Assembly (NCBI GenBank): GCA_024654525.1 | Contig: JANLHI010000013.1 | Span: forward strand, 18,036 to 82,035 | DNA length: 64,000 nt | Direction of reading: 5' to 3' | DNA from: Patescibacteria group bacterium | GTDB taxonomy: Bacteria > Patescibacteriota > Minisyncoccia > UBA6257 > 2-01-FULL-56-20 | Part shown: one piece after another, positions 18,704 to 27,725 of the stretch | Position numbering within the stretch: the stretch's first letter is position 1 | Layout: the number at the start of each line of letters is the position of its first letter | The notes under the pieces: model-generated | Database searches by the model: none | What the model saw: only the letters and a program-made list of their open reading frames with translations | Told to the model about the DNA's origin: nothing | Program-made: the position numbers and the translations under genes

Positions 18704-18779
18704 AATGAAAGTGCAAAAGTCAAAATATAAAGTTACGGAGTTTGCGGAACGAACAGTTTTCATTTTTTAATTTTTTATC

Positions 18780-21428
18780 ATGCCTCAATTTCATCGTTTT
18801 ACCATTAAAGCCCAAGAAGCTCTTCAGAACGCGCAAGAACTTGCCGCGCGGAATAATCATGGCGAGTTGAAAGTAATTCACCTGCTTTCCGCGTTACTTG
18901 ATGATTCTCAATCATTGGTAGGGCCGGTGCTTACACGTCTTGGGGTAAATCTCGAGAAACTTCACGAACAGCTTAGCCTCGAGTTGGATAAAATTCCAAA
19001 AATGGTTGGCGGTTCAAGCGTGGGGCAGCTCTATCTGTCTCACGAAATCATGAGAGTGCTCGATCAGGCGGCAAAGATAGCTGCGCAACAGAAAGACGAA
19101 TTTGTGTCATGCGAACATCTTCTTCTTGCGGTGTTTGATGTCGCATCATCGGCGAAAGCGACACTGGAACAATTTGGTGCGCGAAAAGACGCGGCATTTC
19201 GGGTACTCGCGCAACTTCGTGGTTCTACACGCGTAACGGACGAGACGCCGGAAAGCAAGTTTCAAGTATTGGAGAAATATGCCATCAATATTACGGAAAA
19301 AGCGCGTATGCGCGAGCTTGATCCGGTAATAGGACGAGGAGAGGAATTGCGCCGTGTGATGCAGGTTCTTTCGCGACGTACCAAAAATAATCCCGTGCTT
19401 ATTGGTGAGCCGGGCGTGGGAAAAACCGCAATCGTAGAAGGGCTTGCACAGCGCATTGTACAGGGAGATGTTCCTGAGCCTTTGAAGGGGAAAGAAATTC
19501 TTATGCTTGATCTTGGTGCGCTTATTGCAGGAACAAAATTCCGCGGAGAGTTTGAGGACCGGCTTAAAGCATTTATGAAAGAAATAAAGAATGCGAGCGG
19601 ACGACTCATCCTCTTTATTGACGAGATTCATACCATTGTGGGTGCGGGAGCTGCCGAAGGAGCGGTAGATGCGTCTAATCTTCTCAAGCCCTCGCTTGCG
19701 CGCGGAGAACTTCATGCGATCGGAGCGACAACAATTCGGGAATACCAGCGATATATAGAGAAAGATTCCGCGCTCGAGCGGAGATTCCAGCCGATCATTG
19801 TGGAAGAGCCGACTATTGAAGATAGCATCGCGATTTTGCGAGGGCTTAAGGAGAAATATGAAATCCATCACGGTCTTCGCATTAGCGATGAGGCAATTGT
19901 AGAAGCGGTCAATCTTTCGGCGCGGTATATCACCGACCGTTTTTTACCCGACAAGGCGGTGGATTTGATTGATGAGGCGGCTGCGGCACGTCGTCTTGAA
20001 TCCGAAAGTTTACCGAAAGAGATTGATACGGTGAGAAGGGAATTAACGCGTTTAGAAATAGAGAGACAGGCATTGGCGCGCGAGCCAAAGAGCGCATCTC
20101 GTCTTAAAGAGATTGATGCTTCGCTTAAGGAGTTCAAAGAAAAGAATGACGAACTTTCGGGAAGATGGCATACGGAAAAAATTAAGTTTGAAACTTTGCA
20201 CGAACTTCGCCGCAAGATAGACACGCTTAAAAAAGATGCGGATATCGCGGAGCGCGAGGGTAATCTTGAGCGGGTTGCGCAGATTATGTATGGCGAATTA
20301 CCGCAGGCGGAAAAAGATTATATGTTGTTTGAAAAGAAGCATTTTGGAACAGGGAAGAAAAATAAGAAAAAAACAGAGGGAGAAGACGAGGGATTTCTTA
20401 AAGAATCAGTGGATAAAGAGGATGTGGCGGCGGTGGTGGCAGTATGGACCGGAGTTCCTATTACTCGCGTCTTGGAATCCGAAAGCGCAAAACTTACTCG
20501 AATTGAAGAGGTGCTTGAAAAACGCGTAGTGGGGCAACGGGATGCGATTACTGCGGTGGCAAACGCACTTCGTCGCGCACGTGCGGGACTCTCCGACGAG
20601 AACCGTCCGCTTGGTTCGTTTATGTTTTTGGGACCCACGGGAGTGGGGAAGACCGAGCTTGCAAGAACACTTGCGGAATTTATGTTTAATGACGAAAAAG
20701 CTCTTGTGAGAATCGATATGTCCGAATACATGGAAAGGCATACGGTAAGTCGACTTATCGGTTCTCCTCCCGGATATGTAGGGCATGAAGATGGAGGTCA
20801 ACTTACGGAAATAGTAAGACACCGGCCGTACAGCCTTATTCTTTTTGATGAAATAGAAAAAGCTCACCCGGAAGTATTCAATGTGTTGCTTCAGGTGCTT
20901 GATAACGGTAGGTTGACCGATGCGAAGGGGAAGCGGGTCAACTTCAAGAATGCCATTATCATTATGACTTCGAATGTCGGAAGCGATCATTTGCGTGCAA
21001 TGGCATCTTTGGGATTCGCATTGGAGGATGGTGTTGCGGCACGCGTCACTGAAGAATCGGAATATAAGAACAAAGTAATGGTAGCGCTTAAGGAAAATTT
21101 TCGCCCCGAGTTTCTTAACCGTATTGATGAGACTATTATTTTTAACCCACTTGGTAAAAATGACATCTCAAAAATAGTCGATATTCAAATCAGTCTTTTG
21201 GAGAGAAGACTTGCGGCCAGTCATATCGGGATTCGAGTGGACAGTGCCGCGAGGCAGTATATTGCCAAAGAGGGATTTAGCGCGGAATTTGGAGCGCGTC
21301 CTTTGAAGAGGCTTGTACAGAAAGTGATTCTCGATAAACTTGCGGATAAAATTATCAGAGGAGAGATAAAGGATGGTGACAAAGTTAAAATCAATTTCAA
21401 ATCAAATTCCCTGGTGGTTAGCGTGTAG
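18780..21428 (+). CDS. clpB: ATP-dependent chaperone ClpB
   Basis: two AAA+ modules (GEPGVGKT, GPTGVGKT), long coiled-coil middle domain, RRTKNNPVL, GARPLKR. Confidence 0.97.
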   Translation: MPQFHRFTIKAQEALQNAQELAARNNHGELKVIHLLSALLDDSQSLVGPVLTRLGVNLEKLHEQLSLELDKIPKMVGGSSVGQLYLSHEIMRVLDQAAKIAAQQKDEFVSCEHLLLAVFDVASSAKATLEQFGARKDAAFRVLAQLRGSTRVTDETPESKFQVLEKYAINITEKARMRELDPVIGRGEELRRVMQVLSRRTKNNPVLIGEPGVGKTAIVEGLAQRIVQGDVPEPLKGKEILMLDLGALIAGTKFRGEFEDRLKAFMKEIKNASGRLILFIDEIHTIVGAGAAEGAVDASNLLKPSLARGELHAIGATTIREYQRYIEKDSALERRFQPIIVEEPTIEDSIAILRGLKEKYEIHHGLRISDEAIVEAVNLSARYITDRFLPDKAVDLIDEAAAARRLESESLPKEIDTVRRELTRLEIERQALAREPKSASRLKEIDASLKEFKEKNDELSGRWHTEKIKFETLHELRRKIDTLKKDADIAEREGNLERVAQIMYGELPQAEKDYMLFEKKHFGTGKKNKKKTEGEDEGFLKESVDKEDVAAVVAVWTGVPITRVLESESAKLTRIEEVLEKRVVGQRDAITAVANALRRARAGLSDENRPLGSFMFLGPTGVGKTELARTLAEFMFNDEKALVRIDMSEYMERHTVSRLIGSPPGYVGHEDGGQLTEIVRHRPYSLILFDEIEKAHPEVFNVLLQVLDNGRLTDAKGKRVNFKNAIIIMTSNVGSDHLRAMASLGFALEDGVAARVTEESEYKNKVMVALKENFRPEFLNRIDETIIFNPLGKNDISKIVDIQISLLERRLAASHIGIRVDSAARQYIAKEGFSAEFGARPLKRLVQKVILDKLADKIIRGEIKDGDKVKINFKSNSLVVSV

Positions 21429-22092
21429 GGCGGGAATCGCAGGTGTTGCATGGTATCTTTTTCCGGCGTGGCTTTTTGTGGCGGTGGCATGTTATCTCTA
21501 TGGAAGGTCTTTTTTTCAAGCGGGACGGCTATTGTGGTTGTTTCTCGTGATGTTATTTCTGAGTCTTGGCCTTGGAGTTTCGTGGTGGGGATTTGTAATT
21601 GTATGTTTTTTGTTTTTTTTCTTGTTAGGGATAAAAGATTTGGTATTCATCGATCGCAAACAAATGGTGGAAGTTCTTGGTGTAAGCATGCTTTTTCTCG
21701 GATCACTTGAAATGGGGATGCTCATCGAAGGAGTGGCGTATCACCTGTTGCCGTTACTATTTGTAATCCCGACGTTTGTTTTTTTCTTGATTCGTAGCAG
21801 TGCGACGCGGTACACGACATCGCAAGTTCCGAAGATAACGCATAGGGAAGGAAAACAGCGTTTTTTGCGGAATGCGCTCGGTGCGTTCTTAGTGGGGGAA
21901 TACGGGGTTGTCGTTGCAAGTCTGCCTTTAGAGGTCATTGGTACAAGTACTCTTTTATTTATGGGATTTGTCGCAATTTTTTTTGCGACAGGAGAGGAAA
22001 GAGGGGTAGTGGAAGCAAAAGCATCTCTTTGGATAGGTATTATTGCGGCAATCGCGGTGATAGCACTCGCGGTTATGAATTGGACGTTGTAA
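21373..22092 (+). CDS. multi-pass membrane protein, hypothetical
   Basis: about 7-8 hydrophobic segments; start uncertain (overlaps the clpB end). Confidence 0.7.
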   Translation: MVTKLKSISNQIPWWLACRAGIAGVAWYLFPAWLFVAVACYLYGRSFFQAGRLLWLFLVMLFLSLGLGVSWWGFVIVCFLFFFLLGIKDLVFIDRKQMVEVLGVSMLFLGSLEMGMLIEGVAYHLLPLLFVIPTFVFFLIRSSATRYTTSQVPKITHREGKQRFLRNALGAFLVGEYGVVVASLPLEVIGTSTLLFMGFVAIFFATGEERGVVEAKASLWIGIIAAIAVIALAVMNWTL

Positions 22093-22115
22093 GGAGCATG
22101 TCATACTATGTGTCT

Positions 22116-22856
22116 ATGATTGCAATTATTCTGGCTGCGGGATATGCAACACGCCTATACCCTCTTACACTTACTACACCGAAACATCTGCTTGTGGTTG
22201 CGGGACGTCCCATTATAGATTATGTGATAGATCGTCTTGAGGAGATACAAGGAATTTCGCAGATAATCGTGGTAACCAATGAAAAATTTTTACCTCTTTT
22301 TGTTGCATGGCATAAAGAAAGAGAGGAATCTCTGCTCCCCCTTAACGTTATAAGTGATTGTTCTACGGATGATACGAATAAACTCGGCGCATTAGGTGAT
22401 ATCCGTTTTATACTCGACAAAGAGAAGATTGACGACGATATTGTGGTGATTGCGGGAGATAACCTTATAAGCGGGAGTTTCAGTGATTTCGGAGATGTGT
22501 GTGCGGAAAAACATGCTCCGGTGTTGGGAGTGTATGATGTGGGGGATAAAAATACCGCAAAGAAATTTGGTGTGGTGAGTGTCGATGAGAAAGGTATTAT
22601 TTCGGTATTCGAGGAAAAGCCGGAAAATCCATCGGGTACGCTTGTGGCTACCGCACTTTATTTTTATCCCCGTAATATTCTCCCCTTGTTTCGCGAATAT
22701 CTTGACGAGGGTAACAGTCAAGATCAGCCGGGACGTTTTATACAATGGCTTTATACAAAAGTTCCCGTATATGCATGGCGCACACCGGGAGCTTGGTACG
22801 ATATTGGTTCTCCGGAAACCCTTAAAGAAGCAGGCGAGGTGTTTGGTAAAAAATAG
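22116..22856 (+). CDS. sugar-phosphate nucleotidyltransferase (NTP_transferase)
   Basis: MIAIILAAGYATRLYPLT..PKHLL, AGDN, FEEKP, WYDIG. Confidence 0.92.
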   Translation: MIAIILAAGYATRLYPLTLTTPKHLLVVAGRPIIDYVIDRLEEIQGISQIIVVTNEKFLPLFVAWHKEREESLLPLNVISDCSTDDTNKLGALGDIRFILDKEKIDDDIVVIAGDNLISGSFSDFGDVCAEKHAPVLGVYDVGDKNTAKKFGVVSVDEKGIISVFEEKPENPSGTLVATALYFYPRNILPLFREYLDEGNSQDQPGRFIQWLYTKVPVYAWRTPGAWYDIGSPETLKEAGEVFGKK

Positions 22857-22881
22857 TTTATAGAGCTCGAGTTTGCTGGTT

Positions 22882-22921
22882 TTTGTTTGACAAACAAATA
22901 AGAGGGGAATATATTCGGCAA
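22882..22921 (+). promoter_or_regulatory. promoter TTGACA-17-TATATT with a 17-bp palindrome over -35 and a CGGCAA box at the start site
   Basis: TTTGTTTG-A-CAAACAAA 22882-22898; -10 at 22910-22915; CGGCAA 22916-22921; ATG at 22923. Confidence 0.7.
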
Positions 22922-22922
22922 T

Positions 22923-23588
22923 ATGAAGGATGTCGGAAAGGTAATAATAGATAAAAAGGCATATGAGATAAGTTACGCGCTTTGCCGTATTGCCGCATAT
23001 GCAAGACCAGCATTCGCATCAAAGATAGAAAGCTGTGCATTGGATATTTTAGAGTCTTCTATAAACAAGGATTCGAAAGAGCTTCATAATATAACCAATA
23101 GGGCGGTTTCATATCTCCGCATGGGATCTGATTTAGGTAATTTGAATAAAGCAAATGTTGATATTATTTTGAGGGAAATAGGACTATTTAAATCGGCAAT
23201 TAGTAGTGGTGTACACGAAGATTCGGAAATAGAAGGAATATTTTCTTCGGGTCATGATTCTGAAAAAAACAAACAACGTTCCATCAATACTTCCGTGTCG
23301 GAAAGCGGCAAAGATGTTCCTGCGCCGGAAGATAGGCAATCGGCAAAAACACGGCAAGACTCAATTGCCGAATTTGTCGAAGAAATCGGCAATTGCCGTA
23401 TGAAGGATTTACTTGAGCATTTCCCCTCTATAAGTGAGCGGACGCTACGCTATGATTTACAAAATCTTGTCGAATCGGGGGTTCTAGATCGTATGGGGGA
23501 GGGTGGTCCCGGAATATCGTATCAAAAGAAGATGCATGAAGATTCTCTTGAAAGTATGGAAAGTGGTATGTATCCGGAAGTGGTATAG
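22923..23588 (+). CDS. helical-bundle + C-terminal winged-HTH (DeoR-like) DNA-binding protein
   Basis: C-terminal MKDLLEHFPSISERTLRYDLQNLVESGVLDRMG wHTH; N-terminal KKAYEISYALCRI...LRMGSDLGNL helical bundle. Confidence 0.8.
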   Translation: MKDVGKVIIDKKAYEISYALCRIAAYARPAFASKIESCALDILESSINKDSKELHNITNRAVSYLRMGSDLGNLNKANVDIILREIGLFKSAISSGVHEDSEIEGIFSSGHDSEKNKQRSINTSVSESGKDVPAPEDRQSAKTRQDSIAEFVEEIGNCRMKDLLEHFPSISERTLRYDLQNLVESGVLDRMGEGGPGISYQKKMHEDSLESMESGMYPEVV

Positions 23589-23630
23589 TAACCTTTTTAG
23601 TACATCCTCGTTCTCATTAGTAGCTGGATA

Positions 23631-23659
23631 TTGGCACAATTTCAAGGTTGTGGTATAGT
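23631..23659 (+). promoter_or_regulatory. promoter TTGGCA-17-TATAGT (TGG extended -10) for the S-layer leader
   Basis: hexamers at 23631-23636 and 23654-23659. Confidence 0.65.
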
Positions 23660-23665
23660 GTCCGG

Positions 23666-23841
23666 CAAGTGGTTCAGGTTCCAATTCGCCGAAAGGCGAG
23701 TATGGGGCGTGAGGCTGAGCCAAAGAACAGTTTTAAATTTGCGACTGATGGAATTTGGGTTGGGGAATATATCCCAAGACAGATACCATAGTAGTTGGAG
23801 TTTATGCTGTTTGCTTAGCCTCGCGAAAGCGAGTTTTTTTG
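23666..23841 (+). ncRNA. structured leader RNA / attenuator candidate
   Basis: GAAA-capped hairpins TCGCC-GAAA-GGCGA and CTCGC-GAAA-GCGAG+U7; long rod 23726-23810; alternative pairing of 23709-23720 with 23813-23824. Confidence 0.6.
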
Positions 23842-24097
23842 TTTTTATAGTCCTATCGCTTTTTGATCCACGGGTTATGTTATTAAAACTCTTTTTCTGA
23901 CAATCCTCCTGTTATCCTCACGGACAAAGAGGGTCGAATTGAAAGGGGAAGAGTTATGGAAATTTTGGAAAGGTCGACGGCTAAAATAATCATTGGAATT
24001 TACAAAACAATCTGGATTTTTCTATGTGCGTTTTGTAATGCCATTGATGATTAAGGTCGATAATTGGATAAATGTCGAAAATAAGAAACTAAACTAA

Positions 24098-27000
24098 ATG
24101 AGTACATTCGGTAAGAAATTTGTTTCAATTGCGCTCATGGCGACCGTCACTGTATGGGCGTCAGGAGCACTTCTTTTCGTGCCGGCAGCGAATGCACAAT
24201 CATCGTCTGATCTTCAGGCGCAGATTGCGCAACTTCTGGCGCAGATTCAGCAACTCCAAGCGCAGCTTAATACTGCACAAGGAGGGACAGCTATGATGTC
24301 TTCATCTCTTGATATTACTCGCGACCTCACCGTGGGAAGTACGGGGGACGATGTCAAAAAACTTCAGCAATGGTTGAACGCAAACGGCGCAAAGATTGCT
24401 GACAGTGGTGCGGGTTCTCCGGGGAACGAAACTACGTTTTTCGGTCCTTTGACGCAAACTTCACTTGGAAAGTGGCAGGCGGCGCACAATGTGTCGCCAC
24501 CAGCGGGATACTTCGGGCCTGTGACACGTGCGAAGATTTCTTCGCTCGCGTCCGCAACCCCGTCGACACCGCCGTCAACTCCGAACACCCCGTCGACACC
24601 GCCGTCAACTCCGTCAGTTCCAGCTCCATCAGCCGGTTTGGCGGTAGGCATTTCTTCGCAGAATCCGGCAGCGGGTTCTCTTATCTCGTCTTCGGGGAGT
24701 GCGGCGGCACGGGTTCCCGTGCTTGCAGTAAGCCTTACGGCGGGAACGGCGAGTGGTATGACAGTGAACGCGCTTAAGTTTCACAAAACAGGCGTGCTTT
24801 CCGACAGTTCAATTTCAGGCGCATACGTTGAAGAAAGTGGCAAGGTTCTCTCACAATACACGTCGATTTCAAACGGCGTGGTTTCGTTCCCGGGGCTTTC
24901 GTTAAACATTGCCGCGGGACAGACAAGACACCTTACTCTTTCGATTGACCCTGCGCAGGCATTGTATGCGGGAAATACGGTTGGATTTGCTATGACTAGC
25001 ACTTCTGACGTATCGGCGACAGATGCCACAGGTGCGGCGGTTACCCCTTCGGGCAGCTTCCCTCTTAACGGCAACACGTTCACGGTTACTTCTGTATCAA
25101 ACCCATCAATCGCATCGTTGACGGTTGCATCGTCCTCGATCGGTACGACGGTATATGCAGGAACCAAGAATGTAATCGTCGGTGCATGGAGCTTGACGGG
25201 TTCAAACAGCAAAATCTGGCTTAAAGGTATCAACTTTAAAGTAATCGGTTCTGCCAATAAGTCGGATATACAGAACATCAAGCTTTATGTGAATGGCACG
25301 CAAACAGGACAGACCATTCCGGTTCTTTCTGCTGACGGCCAAGCATATTTTGATCTTTCGGCGGCTCCCGGAACCATCAACACGGGCTCGAACAATGTTC
25401 AGGTCTATGCTGATGTCATGGGTTCTCCGAACTTCAATTTCCAGTTCGAAATCTTGAACGCGTATGACATTCTCGCGGTTGACTCACAATACAATGTGCC
25501 GGTTACTGCGGGGTCGAATACGGGAACACAGGTTTCGATCAACGCAGGAAGCGTAACGGTGACTGCGGCGTCTGATACGCCGACAGGAAACATTGCAACG
25601 GGACAAACAAGTGTCACGCTTGCAAAATACACCGTATACGCGGCGGGTGAACCGGTAAAAGTAAAGTGGCTTACGTTCCAGCTTGCATTTACATCCGCGA
25701 CAAGCACGCTTGATAACATGATCAAGAATGTGCACTTGGATGACGATGCGGGTGGGCAGGTAGGAACGACAATCTCGTCGCTTCAAACCACCGCCACTTG
25801 TACGGGTACCGCGTTCTCCTCGGCAACTACGACGGCAACCAACTGTTTCGGATCTTCGGGTTCTCCGATTAACTACATCATTCCGGCAAACACCACACGG
25901 GTGCTTTCCTTGAAGGGTGACGTGCAATCGGTAACCGCGGCATTCTCGACAGTAAAAGCGACTCTCACCGCAGGTTCGTCGAACTTGCAGGGGTTGATTT
26001 CTTCGGCGACTGCTTCAAGCGGTTCAGCATCGGGTAGTGCATTGACGCTCGCGTCAAGCGCGCTTACGGTGGCGAAGAATTCTGCCGTAGGTTCGGTAAC
26101 TGTTGCAAAAGGCGCCGGCAATCAGAAGGTTGGATCGTACGCGTTCTCGGCTTCATCGGCTGAAGGCGTGACGGTTTCAAACCTTACGGTTGCATTGGGT
26201 GCCGCTGGCGCGCTGTTCCAGAACTTGAAAGTAAAAATTGGCGACAGCCAGTTCGGAAACACGACGCAAACGCTTGCAAACAGCGGATCATACTCGTTCT
26301 CCGGGACACCGTTTACGGTGCCTGCAGGAAACACGACGTATGTTGACGTGTATGCAGACGTACTCTCGTCAGCATCGGCGGGAACCAAAACCGCGATCAC
26401 CACGCTTAGTGGTTGTTCAGGTTCTGGATTGTCTTCGTATACCGCGGTAAGCTGTACCTCAACAGCCGGTCAAGATGTGGTGGTTGCGGGCCAGTCCACG
26501 GTGGATGTATCGCTTGACTCATCGCTTACTCCGGCAGCCGGACAAATAGTGATGGGATCGAACGGCATCACACTCGCCGCATTCCGTCTTACGGAAACAA
26601 CGAACATCGAAGACATAAAGATTACGGACTTGAATGTCTTTCAACAGGTAGCCGCAACGTCCACTACAAAGTCGGCGTTCGGAAACTTGAAGCTTTACAC
26701 GTCTGACGATCTTGTGAATGCGATCGCAACAGCGGGTTCAGCAAACGAAGCGGCATCAAGTTCGAATCCTGGTTTCGGGTACTACTATGCGTTCCACTTC
26801 ACAAGTCCGGTCGTAGTGCCGCAGTCTAATGCGGTCTCGCTTGTCTTGAAGGGTGATGTGTCGTCCTACAACTCCTCGGGAGCAACAGACAACACGACTC
26901 ACGTCTTCAAGATCGCGACTTCGACCGATACGGCAAACGACACGCTTGCCGAAACGATAGTGGCGCTTGGATCCACTTCGAACAACACGTCTTCAATCTC

Positions 27001-27565
27001 GTTTACCACGCCGAATGCCAACGCTTTAACAGTATTGCGCACGAAGCTTACGGTAACGGGTACGAATGCGGCAACAACTGCACGCACGCAAACTGCAGTT
27101 GACGATATCGGTACGATTAACTTCGCCGCCGATTCAGCGGGAGCATTGCAACTTAGTTCGGTCACTATCACGTTTGCGGGGTCAGCTCCGTCAACGACGA
27201 ACTTCTACAATGCAACCTCGACAGCAACGGGAGCGTGTGCCACTTGTTACGTGACACTTTACGACACGAACAATGGGACAACATATAACCCGATTGCATC
27301 GTCAACGACAAGCTTGTCCTTTGATCTTGGCAATTACAGTCTGACTGCCAATACGTCAAAGAGCTTTACGCTCCGCCTCAACACTGCGCAATCCGGCGTA
27401 TTGGTTGCAGCCGGATCGGCAAGCACGGCGCACAGCTTGTCTGCAACGATTTCTGCTGCGGGTAACGTGACATGGGTTGACGCGTTGTCGGGAGGCTCTA
27501 CAGGACTTTCACTTCCTGCGGCAGCCGTACCGGTTACAATCAGTTCTGTCTCGTACACCTACTAG
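24098..27565 (+). CDS. large secreted Ser/Thr-rich S-layer-like protein with peptidoglycan-binding domain
   Basis: signal peptide, LQAQIAQLLAQIQQLQAQL coil, RDLTVGSTGDDVKKLQQWLN...FGPLT...GYFGPVTR PG-binding motif, P/S/T linker, repeated beta-sandwich modules. Confidence 0.85.
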   Translation: MSTFGKKFVSIALMATVTVWASGALLFVPAANAQSSSDLQAQIAQLLAQIQQLQAQLNTAQGGTAMMSSSLDITRDLTVGSTGDDVKKLQQWLNANGAKIADSGAGSPGNETTFFGPLTQTSLGKWQAAHNVSPPAGYFGPVTRAKISSLASATPSTPPSTPNTPSTPPSTPSVPAPSAGLAVGISSQNPAAGSLISSSGSAAARVPVLAVSLTAGTASGMTVNALKFHKTGVLSDSSISGAYVEESGKVLSQYTSISNGVVSFPGLSLNIAAGQTRHLTLSIDPAQALYAGNTVGFAMTSTSDVSATDATGAAVTPSGSFPLNGNTFTVTSVSNPSIASLTVASSSIGTTVYAGTKNVIVGAWSLTGSNSKIWLKGINFKVIGSANKSDIQNIKLYVNGTQTGQTIPVLSADGQAYFDLSAAPGTINTGSNNVQVYADVMGSPNFNFQFEILNAYDILAVDSQYNVPVTAGSNTGTQVSINAGSVTVTAASDTPTGNIATGQTSVTLAKYTVYAAGEPVKVKWLTFQLAFTSATSTLDNMIKNVHLDDDAGGQVGTTISSLQTTATCTGTAFSSATTTATNCFGSSGSPINYIIPANTTRVLSLKGDVQSVTAAFSTVKATLTAGSSNLQGLISSATASSGSASGSALTLASSALTVAKNSAVGSVTVAKGAGNQKVGSYAFSASSAEGVTVSNLTVALGAAGALFQNLKVKIGDSQFGNTTQTLANSGSYSFSGTPFTVPAGNTTYVDVYADVLSSASAGTKTAITTLSGCSGSGLSSYTAVSCTSTAGQDVVVAGQSTVDVSLDSSLTPAAGQIVMGSNGITLAAFRLTETTNIEDIKITDLNVFQQVAATSTTKSAFGNLKLYTSDDLVNAIATAGSANEAASSSNPGFGYYYAFHFTSPVVVPQSNAVSLVLKGDVSSYNSSGATDNTTHVFKIATSTDTANDTLAETIVALGSTSNNTSSISFTTPNANALTVLRTKLTVTGTNAATTARTQTAVDDIGTINFAADSAGALQLSSVTITFAGSAPSTTNFYNATSTATGACATCYVTLYDTNNGTTYNPIASSTTSLSFDLGNYSLTANTSKSFTLRLNTAQSGVLVAAGSASTAHSLSATISAAGNVTWVDALSGGSTGLSLPAAAVPVTISSVSYTY
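24557..24613 (+). repeat. tandem 30-bp duplication encoding the TPSTPPSTP linker
   Basis: ACCCCGTCGACACCGCCGTCAACTCCG at 24557 and 24587. Confidence 0.9.
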
Positions 27566-27613
27566 TAGAGTGTGCAGAGAAAAAGATTCGGTGGCGTAAT
27601 TGCGTCGAATCTG

Positions 27614-27652
27614 AAAACAATAACAGCCCGAAAGGGCTGTTATTGTTTTTTT
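27614..27652 (+). terminator. intrinsic terminator
   Basis: AAAACAATAACAGCCC-GAAA-GGGCTGTTATTGTTTTTTT. Confidence 0.9.
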
Positions 27653-27725
27653 GCATTCTCCATTGCTGGTTGCTGATTTATGCGTGCGTTGCTATATTGA
27701 GCAAGATTGAAAGGGGAATATATCC

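Noticed and set aside
23666-23841. 6S RNA, SRP RNA or c-di-GMP-I riboswitch
   Set aside because: No large central bubble, no SRP helix-8 motif and no GGCAAA...GCAAAG tetraloop-receptor pattern; kept as an unclassified leader.
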